A stretch of 64,000 bases of DNA, taken from positions 22,201 through 86,200 of the IMG/VR virus record IMGVR_UViG_3300037471_001733; one strand, given 5' to 3'. Positions 39,968-46,769 of the stretch are shown one piece after another. The stretch is from a virus. Lineage: Duplodnaviria > Heunggongvirae > Uroviricota > Caudoviricetes. A program made the position numbers and the translations under genes. The notes beneath the pieces are model-generated. The model ran no database searches and was not told the DNA's origin. It saw only the letters and a list, made by a program, of their open reading frames with translations. Position 1 is the stretch's first letter. The number at the start of each line of letters is the position of its first letter.

Positions 39968-40302
39968 GCCTTCGCTCCTTCGTCATCGCCACACATGCGC
40001 AGCCAGTCAGCCATGGCAATGAACCGCGGCCCCCAATCGTCAGCCGGCAGGTCAGGCTCATGCTCGTCGTCGTGCCAGTAGATCCAGCCGCCGATGGCCG
40101 CCGACAGTTCACGCAGCCGCTGCAGCGACTCCTCAGGCACCACGTCTTGGCCGTAGCTGCGATCCGGCGCGGTCTCCGTCGCCATGGCCCACAGCGAGAA
40201 CTCGTTGCCCATGATCCATCCAGCGCAATAGCAGTCCTCGCTGATGTCGCTCATCAGCTCGTAGAGCTCGTTCTGCTGAGGGGTCAGGTTTTGCTCGCTC
40301 AT
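39964..40302 (-). CDS. hypothetical acidic protein (112 aa)
   Basis: ATGA overlaps both sides. Confidence 0.5.
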   Translation of the reverse strand: MSEQNLTPQQNELYELMSDISEDCYCAGWIMGNEFSLWAMATETAPDRSYGQDVVPEESLQRLRELSAAIGGWIYWHDDEHEPDLPADDWGPRFIAMADWLRMCGDDEGAKA

Positions 40303-40820
40303 GCCTTGGCTCCTTCAGCGGGCTCGTCTTTTCGGCGTTGGTCAGCTTCGCCAGCCAAGTGCAGGCCATGAATCGCTAGCGCCTCACGAATCCTGGCGAT
40401 GGATGTGGGTCCAATGCCGCCGAACCGGCGCCGAGTCAGGTCCGCAGGAGTGAGCCTCGTCAGGGCGCCAATCGTTCGCACGCCATTGCGGTCCAAGGAG
40501 CCGGTCACCCTGGGCGTGAGGCCATCAAGCGCGGCGGGCGAGAAGGCCAGGAAGCCGACGTCATCAGGGTGCGGGCCCTGCTCGTGGCGCGGCTCGATGA
40601 GCGGCGGACGGGCCGGAGACGGCGCAGGAGCGGGCTCGGGCGCCGGCACAGGGATCGTGAAGCTCACCGGCTTCAGGCGCACCTTCAGCATCTCGTCGGC
40701 CACCATGTACGACACGATGGCAACCTGCTCCGGGCTGATGTCGCCGCCGTAGGCGCCCAGCAGGGACTGCATGGCACCCTCAGCGAGCTTGTCGCGCAGC
40801 TTGGTCAATTGCTTGCTCAT
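40299..40820 (-). CDS. protein with C-terminal RNA polymerase alpha-CTD-like helix-hairpin-helix domain (173 aa)
   Basis: LTPRVTGSLDRNGVRTIGALTRLTPADLTRRRFGGIGPTSIARIREALAIHGLHL parallels RpoA CTD (LSVRSANCLK..I.YIGDL....E.LL...N.G.KSL.EI...L...GL.L). Confidence 0.55.
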   Translation of the reverse strand: MSKQLTKLRDKLAEGAMQSLLGAYGGDISPEQVAIVSYMVADEMLKVRLKPVSFTIPVPAPEPAPAPSPARPPLIEPRHEQGPHPDDVGFLAFSPAALDGLTPRVTGSLDRNGVRTIGALTRLTPADLTRRRFGGIGPTSIARIREALAIHGLHLAGEADQRRKDEPAEGAKA

Positions 40821-41599
40821 GCTCCAGCCCTCCGCGCAGTCGGCCGGTAACTCTCCCAAGGAAACGGCACCCAGCGACACGTCTCGGCCAGTCGATCAAA
40901 GGTGCGCTCACCAACGAACTGCTTGAAGCCCGCCGAGTTCTGGTTCGTGAGCAGGATGGTCGGCTTGACATCGCGGTAACGGCCGTCCAGCACGTCGAAG
41001 ACGATGTTCTGCTCGCTATCGGTGCCGTACTGCACGCCAACCTCGTCGATGACCAGCAGGTCCAGGTCCGTCAGGTAGCGCAGCACCTGCGTCTCGCTCT
41101 TCTCGCTGTCGCGCCGCCACGTCTCGCGGATCATGCGGATCAGGTCCATGCAGGTCACGTAGCGCACATCCGGCGAAAGCAGCGACTGCAGGACAGCGCC
41201 AGCGAGGTGGCTTTTGCCGGTGCCCGGCTTGCCGGCCAAGATCAGCCCGGAGCCCTTGCGCGAGTGCTCGGCAAAGTTCTCCGCGAAATCGCGCGTCACC
41301 GTCAGCGCATGGCGCTTCTCGTCGGTGTCGGCCACGAAGTTGTCGAACGTGCGGCCGATGAAGCGCGTCGGGATCATGGCGCTGGCCAGCATCCGGCTAT
41401 GGCGCTCTTCAGCGTCGCGGCGCTTTTGCTCAGCCTCGGCCGCGCGGTCCTCCTTGGCCTTGGCCTCTTCGCAGGCAGGACAGCGCGACCAGATGCGGCC
41501 GAAGATGTTGCGGCTCGTGTAGTCCCCGTGCTCGAGGCAAGAGGCTGCGCGCTCTTCCACCTGGCGCCTCACGGTGTCAGACAAGCGATCCATCGTCAT
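40817..41599 (-). CDS. DnaC/IstB-like AAA+ helicase-loader (260 aa)
   Basis: GLILAGKPGTGKSHLAGAV Walker A, DLLVIDEVG Walker B; follows replication initiator. Confidence 0.8.
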   Translation of the reverse strand: MTMDRLSDTVRRQVEERAASCLEHGDYTSRNIFGRIWSRCPACEEAKAKEDRAAEAEQKRRDAEERHSRMLASAMIPTRFIGRTFDNFVADTDEKRHALTVTRDFAENFAEHSRKGSGLILAGKPGTGKSHLAGAVLQSLLSPDVRYVTCMDLIRMIRETWRRDSEKSETQVLRYLTDLDLLVIDEVGVQYGTDSEQNIVFDVLDGRYRDVKPTILLTNQNSAGFKQFVGERTFDRLAETCRWVPFPWESYRPTARRAGA

Positions 41600-42632
41600 C
41601 CACGCCTTCGCGGTAGTCCTTGGAGTCAAAACCAGCGTGCTTGCTGGCACCTTGGCTGCCGGCGACCGGCAGTTCGTCCATCCAGCGCCCCTGGTTCAAC
41701 CAAGTAGACGGATGCGGGATGTACTTGCCGCCATCGCGCGTCCAGTCAGTGGACTGCTTCTGCACCTTGATGGCATTCAGCATCGTGGCCAGCAGCTCAA
41801 CTCCAACTTGGCGCTTTTCAAAGGCGCGACGTGCCGCGTCAATGCCGACCTTCCTCGGGTATGCGCTCCAGAAATCCTCGAATCGACCGTCACCCCCAGG
41901 GGGGTTAGGGGGGTATTGGTTCCCTTGACGGTTAATTGACGGTTCTCCGTACCGTTTTTGGGACTGCTTCTCGGGAAAAACGGTACCGCTTCCACGGAAA
42001 AACGGTACTGCTTCACCATCCTCCGAAGCTGTACCGTTTTTGGCATAGCTTCCCAGACGTCGAGTCCGCTCCGCGATTGTTGCCGCGCGCAACTTGCTGG
42101 GAGTGCCTTCGTTCTTGCACAGCGGGTCCAAGTCGTACTGGCGGAACAGCCTCATTTCTGCCGCGCTGGCCTCCTCCGGCGTTTCAAACACCTCCAACAC
42201 CTCGCGCACCAGCAGGCGGCCGGCAGCGATCTGCTCGCGCGGCCACTTGCCGCTTCCACGATAGGCGTCTGCCTCGGGGTCTCCGCAAAAAGAGCGCTTA
42301 CCCAGGTAGAAATTGCCCGTCTCCGGGTCTGTCACTCGGTACGTGTAGTGCGTGGCTGACGCCGTAGGCAGGCCAAGCAGCCGATAGACCGGGATGGAGC
42401 CGGTCACACCAACGCGCTTGCCCGTGTCCATAAGCAGACCGGCGTCTTGCAAGTTCTTGATGTTCTTGATGAGAGTCTTGCGGTCGCAGCAGGTGTCCTG
42501 CTCCAGCCGCAGGATGCTCGGGTAACAGAACCCGAACTCGTCGGCGTAGTTGGCAAGGCAGACCATCAAGAACTTTTCGCTGGACTTCGGCATGTCCAGC
42601 TTGAAGGCGTAGGCGAGGGCTGGGATGCTCAC
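41577..42632 (-). CDS. replication initiator/replisome organiser (wHTH N-domain, DnaD-like C-domain) with embedded GIY-YIG-like module
   Basis: GTGA overlap at 42632. KFLMVCLANYADEFGFCYPSILRL wHTH; YTYRVTDPETGNFYLGKRS...YRGSGK...EEASAAEMRLFRQY GIY-YIG-like; FEDFWSAYPRKVG...PSTWLNQGRWMDE C-domain. Confidence 0.7.
   Translation of the reverse strand: MSIPALAYAFKLDMPKSSEKFLMVCLANYADEFGFCYPSILRLEQDTCCDRKTLIKNIKNLQDAGLLMDTGKRVGVTGSIPVYRLLGLPTASATHYTYRVTDPETGNFYLGKRSFCGDPEADAYRGSGKWPREQIAAGRLLVREVLEVFETPEEASAAEMRLFRQYDLDPLCKNEGTPSKLRAATIAERTRRLGSYAKNGTASEDGEAVPFFRGSGTVFPEKQSQKRYGEPSINRQGNQYPPNPPGGDGRFEDFWSAYPRKVGIDAARRAFEKRQVGVELLATMLNAIKVQKQSTDWTRDGGKYIPHPSTWLNQGRWMDELPVAGSQGASKHAGFDSKDYREGVDDDGSLV
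41926..42045. repeat. iteron cluster inside the replication gene (candidate origin of replication)
   Basis: AAAAACGGTAC at 41976-86 and 41998-42008; inverted GTACCGTTTTT at 41949-59 and 42031-41; TTGACGGTT x2 at 41926-45; G-tracts at 41899-41913. Confidence 0.6.
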
Positions 42633-42895
42633 AGCGGACCTCCCCGCACGTTCCATTGCCGCGCAGCCTCTACTGCAGCCTCCATGGCGTCTTCCAGCAC
42701 CACATCGGGCCCGTGCGACTCGCACTGCCAGCACTCGACCTTGGCGTTGAATGCCAGGTCGCCGTTGTTGTCCGTGGTCGGGCTGACCTCAGCGCATGCG
42801 TTGCCGTCGTTGCAGAACGGGCACGGCTTCAGGCCGGCGTTGATTTTTTCCAGCTCAGCGTTGAACCGTTTGCTGTTGAAACGGGGGTTGCTCAT
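42629..42895 (-). CDS. lar: Lar-family restriction-alleviation protein (88 aa)
   Basis: LKPCPFCNDGN...VECWQCESHGP...EAAVEAARQWNVRG matches Lar-family pattern (CPFCG...C..C...eAi.aWNrR). Confidence 0.65.
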   Translation of the reverse strand: MSNPRFNSKRFNAELEKINAGLKPCPFCNDGNACAEVSPTTDNNGDLAFNAKVECWQCESHGPDVVLEDAMEAAVEAARQWNVRGGPL

Positions 42896-43083
42896 GCGCG
42901 CCCCCTTTGCTCTACACTTCTCTCCACAGCTTCCTCTGCGTGATAGAGGTTGCGAAATGAGGCCTCGGCTGTTGGCGCAGTCGAGGCCTCGCCACTTGCA
43001 GCGCTGCTTTTGATGCAGCCGCCATCGGCACGGCGAGCGAAGTCGCCATGTCCGAGGTCAGCGTGAGCAGCGCGCAAAAACAT
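42892..43083 (-). CDS. hypothetical protein (63 aa)
   Basis: ATGA overlap downstream with lar; weak composition. Confidence 0.35.
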   Translation of the reverse strand: MFLRAAHADLGHGDFARRADGGCIKSSAASGEASTAPTAEASFRNLYHAEEAVERSVEQRGRA

Positions 43084-43092
43084 GGAATTCCT

Positions 43093-43368
43093 TCAGCCGG
43101 CGCGGCGCCATCCAAGCGCCACAGCCAACTCGCGGAAGAAGGACGGGCGCTCAGGCTTGGCGCGGGGCGTTTGGGGCTCTTGCGGGGCCTGGCGCTTGGC
43201 TTCGCGGGCCTTCCTCTCGGCGTCTTGCTCGGCCCACTGCTTGCGCAGGTACTCGGCCTGCCAGTTGGCAAAAGCAACGTGTGCCTGCGCCGCGCGGAAC
43301 TCTTCGAGACGCTCCGCGCGCTGCGCGAGCCGGGCCTTGTAGGCGGGGACGGGGCGGCTGGGCTTCAT
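43093..43368 (-). CDS. hypothetical basic coiled-coil protein (91 aa)
   Basis: ATGA overlap upstream with HNH stop. Confidence 0.5.
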   Translation of the reverse strand: MKPSRPVPAYKARLAQRAERLEEFRAAQAHVAFANWQAEYLRKQWAEQDAERKAREAKRQAPQEPQTPRAKPERPSFFRELAVALGWRRAG

Positions 43369-43970
43369 AGGAGGGGCTGACCAAAGTGACGGGCGAGGTA
43401 GTCATTCAGGGCCGCACTCCAGTAGTGCGCGTCCTTTACCTTGTCCTTTTCCTGCTCACACAACTCGCAGGGCACCGGCGGCGGCGCACCGTAGGCTTCA
43501 AACGGGTGCGGGAAGACTCCCGGGCCGCGCCGGAGATTGCAGGCACGGCAGACGGGCTGGACGAAGAGCAGATGGTTGTAGTCGCGGTGCTCGTAGTCCT
43601 GGGCCTGCTCACCACAGTCGACACACTTCAGGGTATGGACCCTCGGGAGCAGGCCCTTCCTCACCGCGCAGCTCACCGTGGCGTGGGCCCTGGTCAAGAT
43701 GGCTTGCTTGATGTTGAAGCGCAGGCTGCGGCACTTGTCACATCGCTGCGGTCGCAGCCAACCGCCCATGCCCTTCAGATAGCCGGGCGCAGCAACATCG
43801 GTCGACTGAAACGTTGCCAAGCAGTCTCTGCAGCACTGATGCTTGGGCTCGCTCGCGGCCACTCGCCTCTTCGGCGGCGGGCAGTTCCCGCAGAACTTGG
43901 CCGAGTAGTGCCGGTTGATGATCTTTCCGGAGCAGCGCGGACACAGGCGGTCGTTGGGGTCGAGCCTCAT
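43365..43970 (-). CDS. HNH endonuclease with N-terminal zinc ribbons (201 aa)
   Basis: CPRCSGK..C, C..C repeats; C-terminal CVDCGEQAQDYEHRDYNHLLFVQPVCRACNLRRG HNH motif. Confidence 0.75.
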   Translation of the reverse strand: MRLDPNDRLCPRCSGKIINRHYSAKFCGNCPPPKRRVAASEPKHQCCRDCLATFQSTDVAAPGYLKGMGGWLRPQRCDKCRSLRFNIKQAILTRAHATVSCAVRKGLLPRVHTLKCVDCGEQAQDYEHRDYNHLLFVQPVCRACNLRRGPGVFPHPFEAYGAPPPVPCELCEQEKDKVKDAHYWSAALNDYLARHFGQPLL

Positions 43971-44286
43971 GACTGCCCCCTTTTGGTGGTGTTACCGCAG
44001 TGTTCAAAGACCTGAACGCGGCCTTCTACGGGGTGTGCTTTGCAAGAAACTGTTGCGGTGCAGCACGGTGCTGCTGGAGCGAAATGCTCCGTGCTTCGGT
44101 TGGTGCGGTGCGAGGGGAAATGCGCCCTCTGGATGACAGGCCCGGCGATCTTCGACCATTCGGTCGAGTCGTTGCAGATTTGTACACTTAATGGTTTAAG
44201 GACATTGGCCCATGTACATGACGCGGTGTACCTTTGCCCCATGGAAACGCAGCAATTCGTGACGCGCATCACAGGGAGCGGGTTCA

Positions 44287-44652
44287 TTACACCGGCTCCG
44301 TTGCATCTGCGGGCACAGCAGATGCGCCTTGGCCATCAGTCCAAATCTCTTTCCCGTCGTCAGGATGCAAATGGAATCGCGTGACCTTGCCGCCGGTATT
44401 CCGCTCAATCAGTACAGACAATTTCGGGTTGCTGGGACTCAGCCCGTACATGACGTTGCGGAGGCGACCGAGGGAGACACCACAGCTGGCAGCGAACTCT
44501 TTCCTAGCTTTCGCGTTGGGCAAAGCTTTGACGAAGTCGTACAGCGGGGTGATGTACAGACTGCGGTCGCGTCCATTGACCTTCGTAGCGGTGTAGGTTC
44601 CGGTGCACATAACACCGAATCCTACACTGATGAATGCATACCTAGCAAACAC
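44287..44652 (-). CDS. Cro/YdaS-like HTH regulator (start uncertain: ATG 44652 or 44610)
   Basis: ARKEFAASCGVSLGRLRNVMYG...LSVLIERNTGGKVTRFHLHPDD matches YdaS/Cro-type pattern; first gene of the leftward early operon. Confidence 0.7.
   Translation of the reverse strand: MFARYAFISVGFGVMCTGTYTATKVNGRDRSLYITPLYDFVKALPNAKARKEFAASCGVSLGRLRNVMYGLSPSNPKLSVLIERNTGGKVTRFHLHPDDGKEIWTDGQGASAVPADATEPV
44593..44626. promoter_or_regulatory. 34-bp imperfect palindrome in the cro-like/cI-like divergent region (operator candidate)
   Basis: TGTAGGTTCCGGTG-cacataa-CACCGAATCCTACA; outer TGTAGG/CCTACA, inner CGGTG/CACCG; -10-like TACACT at 44623-28 (plus) and TAGGAT (minus). Confidence 0.55.
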
Positions 44653-44685
44653 CGTTCGTGGCCTGCCGCGCAGTCCACTACTGGT

Positions 44686-45180
44686 GTGAGTGACGACCGC
44701 TTAATCCGTATCAGCAATCTGCGCAGGGTGTGCGCCGAGCGCAGGCTCAAGACCGCCGATCTACACCGGCTCCTGCCCTATGCCCGCTACACCTACTGGC
44801 GTGACGTACTGGAGGGCGACAAGCCCTTTGGAGAGAAGGCAGCGCGCAAGGTAGAAGCCAAGCTCGGCCTGCCCGACCGGTGGCTGGACACGCCGCGGGA
44901 CCCTGTTGAGTTCCGCGAGGTGTTACCCAGCGTGCCCGACGACGACGAAGACGAGCACCCAGATGAAGGGGGCCATGAATCGCACTGGCGCCACATCGCG
45001 GAGCTGTTTGCCGATATCTGCACGGAGCAGGACATCAAGATGCTGCCGTCCACCTTCTTGCTGATCGTTGATGCCGGCGTCCAGCGCGTGAATGAAGCGG
45101 CCGACAAGCGCAAGGCTTCCGAGGTTTTCAGCAAGCTTCTTCGCGTACTACAGCACGGCAAAGACCAAAATAGGGGCTAA
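44686..45180 (+). CDS. CI-type repressor-like HTH protein without recognisable S24 peptidase domain (164 aa)
   Basis: GTG 44686. RISNLRRVCAERRLKTADLHRLL HTH and FGEKAARKVEAKLGLPDRWLD signature of phage CI/C2 N-domains; divergent from cro-like gene. Confidence 0.6.
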   Translation: MSDDRLIRISNLRRVCAERRLKTADLHRLLPYARYTYWRDVLEGDKPFGEKAARKVEAKLGLPDRWLDTPRDPVEFREVLPSVPDDDEDEHPDEGGHESHWRHIAELFADICTEQDIKMLPSTFLLIVDAGVQRVNEAADKRKASEVFSKLLRVLQHGKDQNRG

Positions 45181-45281
45181 TACCTCTTTTCGTAAAACCG
45201 CACCCCCGGGCTTTGCCTTGGCGTAACGAATTACGGAACCTGTAGTTCTTGCAGTAGTCTTCACCACTATGAACCGCACGG

Positions 45282-45596
45282 GTGTTGCGGTTTGGAGCAG
45301 TGGTGGGATCGGTCTGGAACGAAGAAAAGCACGGCAGCCGCCTTCTCGTGGCCGCTAACGAGGGACATGCCCCGGCGCCGACGGAACCCCCGTCGATCAC
45401 GGCGGGGCTGCTGCAGCAGAGATTGCGCAGCAACGCTCCAATCAAGGCCATGAGCAACGCCGCGGCTGATGCCCTGGTCGGGCTGCTCGCTGGCGACACC
45501 GACGCCGCTACGGTGCGCGCGTGGATCGCTGATCTTGACGCCATGGTGCGCAAGGAGATCGTCTTGCCCTCCCAGGGGCCCGTCGGGCTCGCCTAA
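45282..45596 (+). CDS. hypothetical protein (about 104 aa) in rex-like position downstream of the repressor
   Basis: GTG-start ORF between cI-like gene and terminator 45617-45643; start uncertain. Confidence 0.4.
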   Translation: MLRFGAVVGSVWNEEKHGSRLLVAANEGHAPAPTEPPSITAGLLQQRLRSNAPIKAMSNAAADALVGLLAGDTDAATVRAWIADLDAMVRKEIVLPSQGPVGLA

Positions 45597-45616
45597 CCAA
45601 CCCCTTTAAGCAAGCA

Positions 45617-45643
45617 AGAAGCCGCCTTCGGGCGGTTTTCTTG
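45617..45643 (+). terminator. rho-independent terminator ending the repressor transcription unit
   Basis: AAGCCGCC-ttcg-GGCGGTTT stem (45619-45638) followed by TTTTCTT. Confidence 0.75.
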
Positions 45644-45645
45644 GC

Positions 45646-45711
45646 ACACCGTACTGTGTATTTTATCAGTACGTATTTACTTAGGTAATCGAAAAGCACA
45701 CCGTTTTGTGT
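45646..45711. promoter_or_regulatory. operator-like palindromes upstream of the rightward early promoter
   Basis: ACACCGTACTGTGT (45646-59) and ACACCGTTTTGTGT (45698-45711, touching the -35); GTACTG-N10-CAGTAC (45651-72); lower-GC tract. Confidence 0.5.
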
Positions 45712-45740
45712 TGACCGTCGCCGGGCTGCGGTGTTGTAAT
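45711..45740 (+). promoter_or_regulatory. candidate early promoter (PL-equivalent)
   Basis: TTGACC (45711-16), 18-nt spacer, TGTAAT (45735-40). Confidence 0.5.
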
Positions 45741-45781
45741 GACTCCAACGCGCTACACCAAAAAGCGCAATGGAGACGGCA

Positions 45782-46111
45782 ATGAACACCAGTGGCAGCG
45801 GCTACTCCTTCCAGAGTTTTCTGGGGGCGATCCCGGTAACTGTCTTCTATTGGGTAGAAGACGGTTTCGTGACGCCGATGACCTGCGATGTCGGCGGGAA
45901 GGTTGCATCGCTGCTGGATGACGGAGACCACTTCTCTCCGGTGCAGCTTCGCGTTTGGCAGCGCGCCGCCGAAGCCGACTACAGCCGCCGCACTGGCGCC
46001 GACTTCGAGCCCGATCCCACCGACTTCTTCAGCGACCCCGCAGGATGCGCCACGCGCTCGCTGGCCAGCTACTTCGACCGCGTTGATGCGGCTGCTCGGT
46101 GGGGTGCGTGA
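45782..46111 (+). CDS. hypothetical protein (109 aa)
   Basis: GGAG RBS 8 nt before ATG 45782. Confidence 0.5.
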   Translation: MNTSGSGYSFQSFLGAIPVTVFYWVEDGFVTPMTCDVGGKVASLLDDGDHFSPVQLRVWQRAAEADYSRRTGADFEPDPTDFFSDPAGCATRSLASYFDRVDAAARWGA

Positions 46112-46404
46112 TGACCACCCTCTACGCCGAATTCTCTGCCTTCGCCGCAGAGTTCAAAGCCGCCCGCCCCGAGCGCTTCGGCCGCCGTTCTGAACGCGCT
46201 AAACGCTCTGAAGCACCGTTCCGTGGCGTTCCTGCGCGCCTGGACGTTGATGCTGCGCGCGCTGAGCTGAGGGAACTGGTTGCGCGTCACGACGCGCGCT
46301 ATGAGTACAGCGACGACTACTCCGTCTGGGCTCGCGGTCAGGCTGAAGCCCAGCGGATCGCGGATCTGCGGTCGGCGATCGCCAAGGCTGGGGCAGCGGC
46401 ATGA
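46111..46404 (+). CDS. hypothetical protein (97 aa)
   Basis: TGATG junction. Confidence 0.5.
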   Translation: MTTLYAEFSAFAAEFKAARPERFGRRSERAKRSEAPFRGVPARLDVDAARAELRELVARHDARYEYSDDYSVWARGQAEAQRIADLRSAIAKAGAAA

Positions 46405-46769
46405 ACGGCGCACATCTGACTAGCCAGCGGGCCATCAATGGGCCGTCGAAGCCGACAGCCGATGCTCCTGAAGGCGGCGACTACGCCATCGTTGTTGACG
46501 GACAGATCATCGCTGAGGTGTTCTACCGGTCATCGCCCACGCACACGCATGACGCGTGCGCCACTGCCCGCCTGTTCTCTGCCGCGCAGGACCTTCTGGA
46601 CGCCCTGCAAGACCTCCTGCGCGCCAACACCGAGGCGGCGAACTTCTCGATGAGCATGGTCACCGACCGCGAGGAGTTCGATGGCTTCCTGCGCGAGTGC
46701 GAGGCCAAGGTGGATGCGGCTGAGACGAAGGCTCGGGCTGCGATTGCAAAAGCGACTGGAGGCGTGTGA
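46401..46769 (+). CDS. Ead/Ea22-like C-terminal-domain protein (122 aa)
   Basis: AAQDLLDALQDLL...KARAAIAKATGGV; paralogous ending to 38724-39125. Confidence 0.5.
   Translation: MNGAHLTSQRAINGPSKPTADAPEGGDYAIVVDGQIIAEVFYRSSPTHTHDACATARLFSAAQDLLDALQDLLRANTEAANFSMSMVTDREEFDGFLRECEAKVDAAETKARAAIAKATGGV

Noticed and set aside
43967-44287. 106-aa minus-strand ORF downstream of the cro-like gene
   Set aside because: Cys/Thr-rich improbable protein in a lower-GC, hairpin-rich tract; better explained as regulatory or non-coding (reported as a finding).
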